Assembly: GCF_022539665.2 (NCBI RefSeq)
Contig: NC_081333.1
Coordinates: 1,860,001-1,924,000 of the forward strand
DNA: 64,000 nucleotides
Direction of reading: 5' to 3'
From: Daphnia carinata
Lineage: Eukaryota
A program made the translations under genes and the position numbers. Positions within the stretch are counted from its first letter, which is position 1, and every line of letters starts with the position of its first letter. The notes beneath the pieces were generated by a model that was not told the DNA's origin, searched no databases, and saw nothing but the letters and a program-made list of their open reading frames with translations. This document shows, piece after piece, positions 1 to 12,919 of the stretch.

Positions 1-540
1 ACGCGACACTGTTATGGCATTGCTTACTATTAACAAAGGCCTCCTTGTTTTTCCTTGCAAAAGGTGGATGTCTACAAGGCCAATCGTAAAACCGTGAGTC
101 CTTGGGCGTTCATTTCTTAGCGGGTAGAGCAGAGACAAGTGGTCACTGAAGAAAGCATTCTGCAAAGAAGGCTATTTTAAAACTAGGTTTCTATTAAACA
201 ATAATGCAGTATTTCAAAAACAAATTTGATTTATAGCCGTTTTTCAAGCTCAACATTGTTGTACTGCTTTTGTTGCAAAATTATTTGCAAGTAATAATTA
301 GTAAACTTTGCTGGCCTCAAAGCCGTGGCCGTGTGGTGTATTATGCAGTCATCACCAATCACCATAGCAACGGTACAGTGACCAATAGAGAAGCTCTTCG
401 TGGACTTAATTTTAAGTAGACAGTTCGTTTAGCAACATTATATAGTTCGTGTACACTTTTTGTCAAAATGATTACCACCCTTATTAAACTTACTTTATTT
501 ATTTTAATGTGTGTCCATATTGTAGCAGGTAACACTGTAA

Positions 541-1363
541 ATGACTTTATTGGAGTTAGTTAAGTTGTTTATATTTGCTATATTCGTTATTGTTACAGGA
601 CGTGCCGGCCAGTATGTTACATGTGGTTCAGCAATAAAGCTTCAGAATTTGGCATACAAGATTCGGTTACATTCTCATGATGTTAAATATGGTTCTGGTA
701 GTGGGCAACAGTCAGTTACAGGAACAGATACCACAGATGATGTCAATTCACATTGGGCAATTCTTGGCCCTGTGAATAAGACATGTAAGAGAGGGTATGG
801 TATCAATAATATTCAAGTAAATGTAGAATATGAAAAGATTTTCTAAAAACAGTGAACCCATTGAATGTGGATCCACCATTCGGTTTCATCATTTAACTAC
901 AAGGAAATTTCTTCATTCACACTTATTCTCATCGCCTCTTTCCGGAAGTCAAGAAGTATCTGCATTTGGTGAAAATGGTAATATTTGTTGTGAATCTTCT
1001 CTAGAAACATTGTCAGACTCAATTTCAAATGCAGGTGTTGGTGATACTGGTGATTATTGGAAAGTGGTGTGTGATGGCGACTTTTGGGAACGTGATGATA
1101 ATGTTGTCTTCAGGCATGTTGACACTAATGTCTACTTAGCAACTTCAGGTATATACTAATTAAATCAAACTGATTCATAATCATCTTTTTCTATTTTTCC
1201 TTCAGGACATGCATATGGCAGACCCATTAATGGTCAACTAGAAATTGTTGGTTTAACGAGATTAGATTCTTCTTGTCAATGGAAGACAGCTGAAGGTCTG
1301 TATATCCATACCAGTACCTTCAATCCCAAGCAAAATATGAAGCCAGAACACAATGAACTGTAA
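541..1363 (+). CDS. SDF2: Stromal cell-derived factor 2 (MIR-domain ER protein), 4 exons
   Basis: Exons 541-794, 853-977, 1035-1148, 1206-1363 joined by GT-AG introns. Signal peptide; motifs VTCGSAIKL, RLHSHDVKYGSGSGQQSVTG, LHSHLFSSPLSG; ends in ER-retention-like HNEL*. Confidence 0.95.
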
Positions 1364-1528
1364 AAAAAAAGTCGATTTTGATACATATCCATCCCTTAAC
1401 AATACAATTGAATGGTGGTAACTTTTTATTTTCTAAACTGTTTTTCTATAAAGTTATGTTAGAATGTTAATGCATTTCATTTGTTTCCTAGATGGCTTAT
1501 CATTCTTAAGAAAAATTTTCTGTCAGAT

Positions 1529-3051
1529 TTATCGACACCCACATTCTGCCACAACCATTTCGTCATAGCGGTATTTATAGGTGAGAATGCCTCGTTCGTC
1601 ATAGTATAATAAGCTGATCGGTGCTAATCGGGTTGGGACACAGCATACCTTTCCTATTTTATCGGGTTGAATAGCATGCATTATTGATTGTAGAATGGAG
1701 TGTTTCGAAGGAGTGAGATGATCACTGAGCGGGAAATCGCAGCGTCCGGCACATTCGTATGCCTAAACATTCTTGAATAAGTTTTTGAAGAAATGTAATG
1801 ACATGAAGTGCTTATCACCTCGAATCCTTCGGGTGCTATAATCCACTGGTCATAGTTTATTTGAGTAAAATTGACGTACAGAGGCCGACGCCGACAATTT
1901 GGACTTGATTTTGTTTTCCTTTGAGCCCTGTTTGTAGGACGCCTATCAAGAAAAACGTCCGCATCTCTTTTCGCAATCATGTGCTCTGGGTCCTGATAGT
2001 TTCAAAAGGAATCTTTATTTGAATATTTCGTGGAACAGTTAACTTCTGTAATAACTTGTTAAATTAAAAGGTTTACCGAAAGTTTCTTTGTTGCCGAATA
2101 GACGACTAATTGAGGCTCAGTTTCTTCCCCAACGATGGATCTAAGACTTATGTCAATGGAACCGAATTTTACCTCTGATGGATGCAGGGGGTCGATGCGG
2201 ACTTGTATCATTTGAATTTGGATTTTATTCTCCATCCACCATTGTACAGCATGGCTCACATTAAAGGTAAGCCATATTTCTTTAGACTCAATTACGAACT
2301 TAAAATCCAGGATCTCTAAGTCCCACGGATTGTAATTATAGCCATTCATCAAGTAAATCCGGAATAGCCGTCTATTGACTCCTTAACGAATAACAAAACA
2401 CATTCCAATATCTAATGAGAACTTGCACCTTTTTTCTTTCACTAACCTAATAGATTTTCGGGTGAAAAATTTACAATAGCCCAAAGCTTTAGCTCTGCTT
2501 CTTGAAGCTGTTCTTCTATTGGCAAAGCAGTAACGTTGAATAGCAAATGGTGAACAATCGAAAAATTGTTGCGCTGGTAAATGCTTTCAAAATAATTACT
2601 TTCCATTTCTAGAAACAGAAGCATTGCTTGAGGGATTAGTTGAAAGTAAATAGTTCTGTTAAAAACCTGAAAAAGCTCTGTAATTTCTGACATTGTCGTA
2701 AGAAATTCCGGTGGCCAATTTGTGAGTCCTTTGAGCATAGATATCCAGCATGTAATTGGGAATATTCTTGCGCTTGATTAACGACTCAGGTAGCATATGT
2801 TCATAATCCTGCGGTGAAGAATAAACATCCCTAAGATGGTTATTCATCATCGGATTGAGATCATTGCTAGTTGATTCTTGTTGTGTAAACTTCCAAAGTC
2901 CCAAGGCAGAAGGAAGAACAGATGGTAATGAACACGGATTTTGGCGGCACTTTACGGAGTAACAGGGTATTGTTACTTCATTTACTACCAAAACAAGTAC
3001 GAAACAAAAAAACAAATTGTGTGTGACGTTGAAAATTCCATTTAACGCCAT
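1529..3051 (-). CDS. TGF-beta family ligand, BMP9/BMP10-like, 5 exons
   Basis: Exons 3051-2667, 2608-2447, 2381-2077, 1992-1819, 1762-1529. Hydrophobic N-terminus, prodomain (LLFNVT, EAELKLW, WLTFNVSHAVQWW, PQLVVYS), RAQR site. Seven-Cys mature domain CRRRPLYVNF...[30 protein letters not shown]...CCVPTRLAPISLLYYDERGILTYKYRYDEMVVAECGCR*. Confidence 0.88.
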
Positions 3052-3565
3052 GACTTTTAAAATCGATATGCCAGAAAGTGTACGTTGCACTATTATTCGT
3101 CTCACGGGAGCGAATGCACACAGAATGGGGCAAAAATAACGACAAGATAGGCTTGTTTCACAAAGAATGCAACAAAAGTAGTAAGTATACCAAAGCCAAT
3201 AGCCAGTAAGACTCAAGTGCTTTTTATTTTTAACTTTATAACATAGTGATTTTTATGGAGCCAAACCTTTGTTTTAGAATCAGGCTGTTTACACAGTTAA
3301 TCTTTCTGCATTCTTTTCATCAGTTCACCAGCATAACAGTCATTCCGTCTTCTTTGAATTAACTGGTCAACTACTTATAATAAGGCTAAATCATAATCTG
3401 TTGTAACTCCAAAAAAAAGCTGTAATGGTAACATCAATTGCGAAAAACAGTAAGACATGCTAATGTGTAAGAGAAACTAAATAAGGTTGGAGCCTGTTAG
3501 CAATAGCAGATGAAATTTTCTCAACTAGCCCGGAATCAATTGTTTAAAAGCTTTACAATTGATAT

Positions 3566-3684
3566 GTCAGAATGGCCGAGCGGTCTAAGGCGCCAGACTC
3601 AAGTTCAGAACTTGCCGTAAACAATCCGGTTAGCAGTATTCTGGTCTTCAATAGAGGGCGTGGGTTCAAATCCCACTTCTGACA
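3566..3684 (+). tRNA. tRNA-Leu(CAA) with 35-nt intron (3604-3638)
   Basis: GTCAGAA/TTCTGAC acceptor stem; A box TGGCCGAGCGG; CCAGA-CT CAA G-[intron]-T-TCTGG anticodon arm; long variable arm; B box GGTTCAAATCC. Confidence 0.93.
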
Positions 3685-3863
3685 TCTGTTTTACTATGAA
3701 AATAGTATTATGACTATGGAAATCTTTCGAAGTTTAAATGTCACAAGTGTTACTACAAACTAACCAAATTTTTCGAGTTAATTAAAATAGACTCAGAGTC
3801 GATTTTATTTTTAGACGTTCCAAATTTATATTAATCGGTAACACTACATTCACACAGATTGTT

Positions 3864-6116
3864 TCATACGGTCAATGCCTTTTCTTTTAACCGAACTTGC
3901 TGCATTAGAAAAGGGATCTTTTCGTAATCTTGCAAGGCTTCCCATTTTCCTAGGTTCACAGGAACAATGTCATATCCTGCGCGTTCAAGGGTCCGAAGCT
4001 CGAGATCATAAATACCACGTAAACGATCCCCATTGACTACATAGGCATTCGCCCGGAATACTTTTACCAGAACACTGTCAACGCGAAAAGTACTATAGTA
4101 ATGCTATAAAATTTATAAAATATTTTTAAATATTACAGTTGACATCCAGTTGTGCCGTGTAGGTCTTCTACGTAGCGAACTGTATCAGGATCATGGGACG
4201 TTGTGTTGATGGCTACAGGATACCCACCAGGTCTCATGGCGATAACGTGATCTGTTAAATGTCAAAGAAATGGTTACCCACATCCAGGATGTCAGCTATT
4301 GCGGGTAACAAGTAGGTACCAATAAAATGACCATGTTTGGTTAATAACCTAGTCGTTACATAAGGCAAGCCTCCAACACCGCTTTGCAATGCTTTTTCGA
4401 CTGAAACGAATTGCTCCTTGTGCATATTTGCCTCGTATATCTTTCTGTGACATTGTTCCGTTATCGCAGGGGTAGGGTATGGTCCATCGTACTCTGGGCA
4501 TTCTAAGCGGACACTACGGTTGAGAACATCAAGCTGTAACCAGTCGAGATGGCTAGCTTGCTTTCCAAAATGCGATTTGACGAAAGATTCTTCGAAAATT
4601 TGGCTGATTAACGGTCGCGGATAGAAACCAAGGGTTGCGCAATCAATGGCAAATCGAAACCATTGTTGATATCTATTAACTGCCTGAATGGTATAAAGAA
4701 GAATCGCGAATTAGTAATTTTTCCATTGCTACAACTATTAAGCATTTACCATGTTATCGTCTGAATATTTTAGCAGCCGTTCCACCATTTTTTCAAAAGT
4801 TGGTGTTCTGTAATTTGCCACTGCGAAGGGTACCAGCAAGTAATGTGGATGCATCGTTAACTTTTCGTCAGTGGTAGCGATCAAACTAGAATAATAGTCC
4901 AGGAACTCAAAATTGACGTAGGATAGTTTAGCAAATGTTCGGCCAATCGGGCTTGTCGAAGACAATGGCCACTGTTCCTGTACTATGCGTTTGGCAATGG
5001 CGTTGCACAGCTCTTCGTGATACCAGTATTGACTTTTACCAGTGTAGTTTTCACCTACTGCGACTAAAGTTCTCTCCAAGTCCTTTCGTTCTACACGATT
5101 CACTCTTTTTGCTAATTGATCAAGTGCATTTTCCAGTAAAGGCAAAATGCCATGATCAGGTAAATATCGAATTTTGCTTATAGACCAAATCACACTGCAG
5201 ATTTCCCTGTTCTCCCATTTGTTGGAGCTAGACAGTAAACTGTCGGCAATAAATTTGATTTTAGGAGCCGGGGCTCGCCGGTCTATCGCGTAACGTAGAC
5301 TATCGCACATGGTTTTGATGTTATCCGCATTAAGCTGTGCTTCCAACTGAGTTTGAAAAACTACCGGTAATGCTATAACAAGTGCATCTGCGAGAGGGGA
5401 TTTGATCTTTCGTAGCAAAAAATCCAAGAAAATGACTTGCTGGAGTTCCAGATCGTTCACTCTAGATTTGAGTAAATGAAGAAGCGTTTGCATGATTCGA
5501 CTTTCGCCAGCTACCCGGCAAAAAACCAGAGTCTTCAGGCAAGCTACTAAATCTGCTGGATCTGTCATATTAGGAGCCACTCTCAGTAACCGCTGGCACA
5601 ATTTAATGAAGCCTATATGGTTTTGAAGAGCATCAGAACTGTAGCAAGTCCTAAGATATATATTTTTAAACATTTAATTAAAACTGGAAGAAATTTTTAC
5701 AGGATATACCTGTTGTCATTCTGATATTGAAGTATCAACCGAAAAATTTTCGTTAAATGGTTCTCTTCAAGATTTTTTTCCTCTTTCAATACAAGTTCAA
5801 AAATTTCTTTTATGGAATATGCAGACTTTACAGCTTCTAGTAATGTATCCGGGGGAGATAAAGGAACTGTTGGTGATGGAACAACAGAGTCAAGGATCGG
5901 CAGCTGGAAAATGGAGGCAGGGTGCCTGGTTTTAACTACAAACAAAATTATATACACGCCCAAAAATGCAAAAACACATACAGTAGCGATACCTTTAGTA
6001 AGCTGATTTTTGATTTGCGAAGAGCGGTAATTATCACTGTGCTCCGTTCTGATCAAATTAGATTTTGGCCCAACTTTTAGGTACGAATTAAGCAGATTCG
6101 GCAGACTTCGCCTCAT
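3864..6116 (-). CDS. FAST kinase domain / RAP-domain protein (likely mitochondrial), multi-exon
   Basis: Basic N-terminus resembling a mitochondrial targeting peptide; long helical exon (ORF 4738-5673); FAST-like segment (LDVLNRSVRLECPEYDGP). C-terminal RAP-like tail (NAYVVNGDRLRGIYDLELRTLERAGYDIVPVNLGKWEALQDYEKIPFLMQQV) stopping at 3864-3866. Paralog not assigned. Confidence 0.8.
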
Positions 6117-6739
6117 GACGAAATGTTAGGTATTGCAAAATATTAAGAACTAGACGAATGTAGCCTTACACCTACTTAGTGTTTACTTTATTTTTATATT
6201 CAAACAATTAACTTTACAATCCGGCGATTTCAACAAACAAATGTACAGCAGAATGCACCACTGCACGTGAGGTATACATTGGCCTCGCCATCTATTGGGA
6301 GGGGCAAAAAGGTGACATGACGTAAATTCAGCAACTCACGGTATTCCCGAAGATTCCGATAGCCAAACGGTTAAAAACTTAAATTGTTAGCCCCAATTTT
6401 TTACGGTAAAATCGAGATCAAAATAAACAAATCAATATAGGCTGCATTTTCCCCCCTTTGTTATTTTTTGCAAAAACCTAGATGTTGCTATGAAAATACA
6501 TGATTTTAATGCAAAATTTAATGGTAACGTAAGCCTTTTTTACTTGCGACTTGTAGTTCATAAGTTATTCAAATTTCAACAATAAAATCATTTTGATTCA
6601 ATCTTATTCAAAATCGCCTAATTTACGGGAAGATTAGTATTTTTTTACTACTACTTTAACTAGTATTTTAAGCCTGACTTTTTGTACCAATAATCTGTCT
6701 CGATTTTGGTTTCAATGAGTAGTTACGTCACCAGACGGT

Positions 6740-8750
6740 ATGCAGGACCTCCAAATTGCTAAATTAAAGGATGAACCAGACACTAGAGAACAAGGGGTGC
6801 TTATTCTAAAAATGGGTCAAATTGTATTCTGTATGACAGTGTTGCTTGAACAAATCAATCAATATTGGTCTGTGGCAGAGAAATTGGTACAGTGGAACGT
6901 GTTACACCATCAAATCGATGAATTTAGTCGTCTTGTGTGGGGGAAAGGCGGGAAAGGTAATTAATTTTCGGTATTTTGTGAGACATGGCAATGATGCATA
7001 TCTTGTTGCAGTCTTCCGGTGCATTTGTTGTCTATCAGCCAAGAGTTAAACAACCCTTGTTTGCGTCATCCAGGAATTATTGATGATTAAGATATTCGAA
7101 AGATTAGTAAAGAACATTTCTTAAATTTTACAATTTCTTTATGTACTATTATTTCATGGTAAAAGTAATGTGGATGAGTTTATTTGAGAGAAGGCTGTAA
7201 TTTTGCGGTGGTACTTAATCCAAAATGGAACTTGCTTGTTCGGTAGTGTCACGTTGCTCCTGGACAGGAACACAAAGCATGAAAGGTATTTTTGGGGAAT
7301 TTAAAGTTTTCCTCAATTAATGTATTTATCTCATTGTTTAGGCATGTGGTATGTTATGTGGGCAGAAAGCTAATTAATGAGTGTTTAATTGGCCAAATGT
7401 CTTAACACAGAAAACATGAAAATTATTGCAGAAAAAGTACCCAGATAAAATGGTAAAAGTTGTTACAAAAGCAATTCACCAAATATTTATATATATTTAG
7501 TATCAAAGTCTGTTGCAAAGTACATTAATTAATGTGTACTTATAATTTTATTTTGTAGACCATGGAAGGCTTGCCATTTATTTGTGGATACAAATCTACT
7601 TGGCAGAACTTAAATTGGCTGAAGAATGATGACTTTAGGAACCAAAATCAGTAATTTTTTAAAAATTCTTTTATTAAATTTTTAGCAATTAGTGTACTTT
7701 AGTTCCCTTTAAAATGAAACTGAACTAATTTTTTGGTTCATTTCTCGTAGCTTTACTATTTACGTCTTCGTATCTTTATTTAAACATAGACTGCAAGAGG
7801 AAGAGAAACCGTGGAGGACTTGCTGGTATCGGCCGACGGGGATAAAACTAAGGTCTTAACTTGGTACTAATAGATGGCATGACATTTCTCGGAATGACAT
7901 CTATCTCCTCAAGAGGCGCTAAAGACAGTTGTACGTCAGGTGGCGTTCAAGTACAACCACCCAAATCCTGGCGTAATACCAGTCGTAAGCGAGGCACTCG
8001 GATCAATTGGATCCGTGTTTTGTGGGGTAGGTGATTAGTTTCGTACTTCGGGAGTTGGATTGGTATTCGGATATCAAGAAATTTCTCAGGTTTTAAGAAC
8101 GCGTCTACCATACACGTTTTACAACCAGATATGGATAAAGTTTCATGCCTGTAAATTTATAAATTGGTTTGAGTGATGTGGCTTAAATATCACAAACAAA
8201 GTAATAAGATGTATTTCACTTTTTTCACAGGTTGCATCACATGTACGCTTTATCCCATGGTACTTGTCATGTGGTCTGCAGTTGTATCCGGTGGTATTTG
8301 TTGCATACAGCCATTTGAAATGTGAAGATGCTTGCTTTGGATAAATGCATTTAGTAGAATGTGCTTGATGATAAATGTGCTTCTGAAGTGGCTCAAGCTA
8401 CTGAATTTCTAACTTCAATGAGCTTGAAAGTATTATGCTGAAAAGTAATCATAAAATGATTCCCTATTCACACCACATTTTTTAATAGCAGAACCTATTA
8501 CAATGAATCTTATTTCCAACAAAATAGTTCCTTGCAGTGATTTATGCCATATTGAAAATGTGATCGAATTTTTTGCTGATCCAGCGACCCTGTATTGCTT
8601 CTACAGGATAACAAACTACCATTGATGATTAATTGGGGGACTATCAGTTCCTTTCACATCCAGGTTGGTAACATTGAAGCATAAATAATACTGAAATAGC
8701 AGTCTTTAGTATACACCATGATTTCATTGCAGGGCAACCGTATGCAAGAA
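6740..8750 (+). pseudogene. Highly decayed coding-like relic, possibly transposon-derived
   Basis: Exon-sized blocks bounded by GT/AG with stops and frameshifts in every frame. A broken REGCNF(C)G..NPKW.LAC string near 7190-7245 faintly recalls CxxC-linked KDZ-type transposases. Identity not established. Confidence 0.2.
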
Positions 8751-10517
8751 AAAAAGCATTTTCTTGTAATGCTTAATTTTTTATTTAAAAAATATAGTAC
8801 TATGTACAGCAAAGCAATTGAGTAAATAGCAAAAGTCCAATACTACATTTATAAATTAAAAGCTCTTAGGTGTAAACCATTTATTTGTTCTCATGCTATG
8901 AACTAAGTTGTTTCTTAAGCACACTATATGAATATCAAGGGATATCACCTGACTAAGTTACAAATATTGCCACTGTCTTAATCTACATCTGTGGTTATTG
9001 TTTTCCCTCATCTCCCATCAAAAGTAGAGTGCAATAACAGTGGGTAGCTAGTGAAAGCTTTTTTTCTTTGAGAAATAGTATTAAATATTTCCATCAGTTC
9101 ATCCGTTGAGTTTGCCTTGAATCCGTCTCATCTTCCAGTTCAGCTGAACTTGATTTTGGTCTATTGTCTTAAGTAGATGGTGGTCTTTGTGTCCTAATTA
9201 AACACTTTCTTTTCCTTTTGTAATATTTTGTTAATCATTATTTAGATGGATGTAATACGGATTAGCCAAGCAATCGCCGGACACCAAGACGGAGGGCAAG
9301 AAGTCGTGGACGATAAAGCAATAATCAGGTCACCACCAACGATTGTCGATTAATAATGAATGCATTCATCCATTGTGTCGATGACTGCTCCATAAGTATA
9401 ATTTGTGGAGATTGATCAATACAAAATTTTAAACTGTAAAAAAAAATGAAGCATTGCACCCCGACAAATGGCCTATAGTTAAGGCCGATATACTGTACAA
9501 AGTCCTTATTCAGTCTATGTTGAAACCAAGGAGCCATACTAACGAGTCTGCGAAAAAAATCGACGAATCACATTCTCGACGTACGAGTACAATTTACGTT
9601 TATGTGGAGATCGTGTGTCAATTAAGTGACAATAAAAAGTATCGAGTATCTTATATTTCGCCTATAAAAATAATTCGTTCCAGCCTCAAATTTTGCGGGA
9701 CTTACGAATGTCGAATTCCTCTTGCTGAGCATTTTGTTTTTCTGAAGTTGTTCAGTTCAGAGTTGTTAACAGCAGTAAAATTTGCATACAAAGCATTTTA
9801 ACTTAAAAATCAAAGCAATGATTCAGTGTGAGTGTACGTAAATTTTCCAGGATGCCTATAAAATAGATTTTAACAATCGTTTTCTGTGTTCGATTAAAAC
9901 CCATAGGATTGAACGCTACCGTCGTCTGCATGTCAGCCATTTTATCTGTGTGAAGGTGGAAGCAATTTTGCCCTGTGATTTTTGAAAGTTTTTCCATTGG
10001 TTTGTGCATCTACATCGGAAAGTAAGTAACAGAAAACCATTATTCTTATCCAGGCATTATTTTTTGCATTTTTGTTAGACCTGGGCAGATGGAAGCCTGG
10101 TATGGTCACAAGTGATGACAACTAGAACAGCAGATAGCATACAAGTAAGCCCCAGACTCTGCTTTCGTAGATGTATTCTTTTGCTTTTGGAGTTTCCTGT
10201 CGCTCAGTACTTTGACAGAGCACAGCAGAAACAATTTTTGTTAATTTAAAGCTAGGGAATTTGCAATGAACCTCCCATGTAGGAACATGTGATGACTCTA
10301 AAGGATGGATTGTACTGTTTTCAGCTCACAGCCACTAGTTCAACTATTATGATTTAAACATTTGTCTTTATTCATCTTTCCCACTATTGTCTTCCATATC
10401 GTGACTTTTCTGTTTTACTAGATATTTTCTTCTTTGATTTCCCTGCATCTTATTCCTTAGTCTGATTTTTTTAACATCTGCTATGCAGGGCCAACAAGAA
10501 ACAAAGTCCTAATTTTC

Positions 10518-11150
10518 ACCTCATCACCGTCTTCGCCTTCGCTTTCACCTTATCGCCGTCTTCGCCTTCGCCTCATCGCCGTCTTCGCCTTCGCCTCATC
10601 GCCGTCTTCGCCTTCGCCTCATCGCCGTCTTCGCCTTCGCCTCATCGCCGTCTTCGCCTTCGCCTCATCGCCGTCTTCGCCTTCGCCTCATCGCCGTCTT
10701 CGCCTTCGCCTCATCGCCGTCTTCGCCTTCGCCTCATCGCCGTCTTCGCCTTCGCCTCATCGCCGTCTTCGCCTTCGCCTCATCGCCGTCTTCGCCTTCG
10801 CCTCATCGCCGTCTTCGCCTTCGCCTCATCGCCGTCTTCGCCTTCGCCTCATCGCCGTCTTCGCCTTCGCCTCATCGCCGTCTTCGCCTTCGCCTCATCG
10901 CCGTCTTCGCCTTCGCCTCATCGCCGTCTTCGCCTTCGCCTCATCGCCGTCTTCGCCTTCGCCTCATCGCCGTCTTCGCCTTCGCCTCATCGCCGTCTTC
11001 GCCTTCGCCTCATCGCCGTCTTCGCCTTCGCCTCATCGCCGTCTTCGCCTTCGCCTCATCGCCGTCTTCGCCTTCGCCTCATCGCCGTCTTCGCCTTCGC
11101 CTCATCGCCGTCTTCGCTTTCGCCTCATCGCCGTCTTCGCCTTCGCCATC
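10518..11150. repeat. GC-rich minisatellite, 23-bp unit TCGCCTTCGCCTCATCGCCGTCT, about 27 copies
   Basis: Period 23 read directly (CCTCATC at 10571 and 10594); near-perfect interior, degenerate ends; TCGCC/TCGTC words continue to ~11215. Confidence 0.97.
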
Positions 11151-11339
11151 GTCTTATCGCCTCGACGCTGTTTTCGTCGCTGCCTACGTCTTCGTCTTAT
11201 CGCCATCGTTCGCCTATGGCTCACAACGATGGGACAATCAGATCCAGGAAAAAAGGCGATTGAACGTAACGTCGTCGTGGAACTTCCCGGGTACTGTCTT
11301 ATATGTATTTTTGTATGTTGTGTTGCATTGTATAGTTAA

Positions 11340-11671
11340 CCCGTGGCTGCCACCCCGTTTGCTCCCATTTTTTTTGTAGGTTGTAGGGAACCGGGCGCTG
11401 TTCTTCCCCATGGCCATGGGGGGAACAGTCGCCAGTGCGCCTAAAGGCACAAGGCCTTTAGGCGCACTTAGGCAATGCACCAGTAGGGACTTCTCTTTTT
11501 CGGTACGGTGATAGAACGGCCTGGGGTGTGCATTCCCGGAATGGCCTCTATCACCGTGCCAGCCCGGACTTGTCTTCGGACAAGTCCCCCCTTGGTCGGC
11601 ATCCTTCAGACGCGACGAGTAGCTAATGTAGTTTCAGCAACCTACGGGTTGCGTGGCCTGGCAGCCACGGG
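11340..11671. mobile_element. Putative non-autonomous piggyBac-type element (MITE), 332 bp
   Basis: Perfect 13-bp terminal inverted repeats CCCGTGGCTGCCA (11340-11352) and TGGCAGCCACGGG (11659-11671), flanked by TTAA at 11336-11339 and 11672-11675. No transposase ORF. Confidence 0.65.
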
Positions 11672-12919
11672 TTAACTAGTTGTATATTTATGTATGTATG
11701 TATGTATGCAAATATGTATGTATTGTATAATATGTAAACAGTGGCGGAATGTAGGGTGGAGGAGGGACAATAAAAATAATTCTATTTAATTTACTTTTTC
11801 ATGTGTATTTTTTAAATTATTATTTGACATATTCCAAACCATAACATACACTTAGAATATAGCTAACCTCAGAACTTGCAGTTTCACTTTGAAATTTAGC
11901 TATCAACTATAATTAAAAAAAAATACCTTTTCACTATCACACTACCACATTCAAATTATACTGGTGAAATGAAAACAAAAAAGAGAATGTAAAAATCTTT
12001 ACAGTAAATTCTCTTTCGCTTCACAATCTGTCAAACACAATTACTTGGTAAAAAACTTATTACAACTCTTCATCGCCACAAGATCTTGTCACCTGGTAGC
12101 ACTGTGAAGGAAACAGCCCAATGTCAAATTTAACTTCCCCATGTTTTGTTGGATGGAGTAACAATTCACCAAACACAAGAATGAAGTTGGATATCTTTTA
12201 TTCACAATGAAACCATTTCTTCATCCCACCTTAATGACATACATGTGACATTCCTTTTGTTATAAAGACTCCCATGGCCAATGCAGCATATTCGGTACAT
12301 CCTGGAGACCTGAAAGTACAGTTACAAAACCAATACAGTTAACGATAAATAGTGAAAAACACTATAATTGTCAGAATTCTTTCAGATCGTTAGACTGTGG
12401 AAAATATTAAATGTAACGATTACTTTCTTGAAAGCAGATGTTTTACAAAGCTGGCAAGCAAAATTGGCTGAATTTGAATTACCAATGTGAAATACATGCT
12501 GTTAATCAAACGAGAATGGAGTCAAGGTTCTCCCTTAAATAATTTTCAATGCTTGGTATGAAACTTCTTCCAGATTCAATTTTGCCCATAAGATCTGTAA
12601 GAACTTTGTACGGATTTGCTTCTATGTGTAAAGCTCAGATAACTGAGCATAAAAAAGGAGAAATCTATGTTAAATCTATGTTTAAAACATACCTGAAATT
12701 ACAGGAAATCGAAGTAGAAATTTTCATGTAATGAGATCTCCATTACGTCTATCTCTCTCGTCAACGCCATGCCAAATGAAACAGCCGACAGTACAGAGGC
12801 GCAGAAACGCCATCTTGTTTTCTAATTTCTAACACAAATACTTCTGTGCAAAAAGGCTAATAATAAAATAATAATAAAACATACATTAGATGGCGATCAG
12901 TAGAACAGAAAAAACGGAT

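Noticed and set aside
1..159. Open frame on the minus strand after a CAG acceptor, possibly an exon of a gene divergent from SDF2
   Set aside because: Only 53 codons, cut by the window edge, with no recognisable motif.
3052..3216. N-terminal extension of the BMP ORF shown in the track
   Set aside because: It begins at a non-ATG codon; the ATG at 3051 directly precedes a signal peptide.
10518..11150. Regular repeat array as a CRISPR locus
   Set aside because: Units are contiguous with no unique spacers, there are no cas genes, and the DNA is eukaryotic.
11340..11671. Structured element as RNase P/MRP, SRP, telomerase RNA or hammerhead ribozyme
   Set aside because: I could not find the conserved cores (P4 CR-I/CR-V pair, SRP helix 8, CCTAA-type template, CUGANGA...GAAA) in the right arrangement on either strand.
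12050..12310. Possible P-element-type transposase fragment (CMSLRWDEEM)
   Set aside because: The resemblance is a few residues amid stops and is too weak to call.
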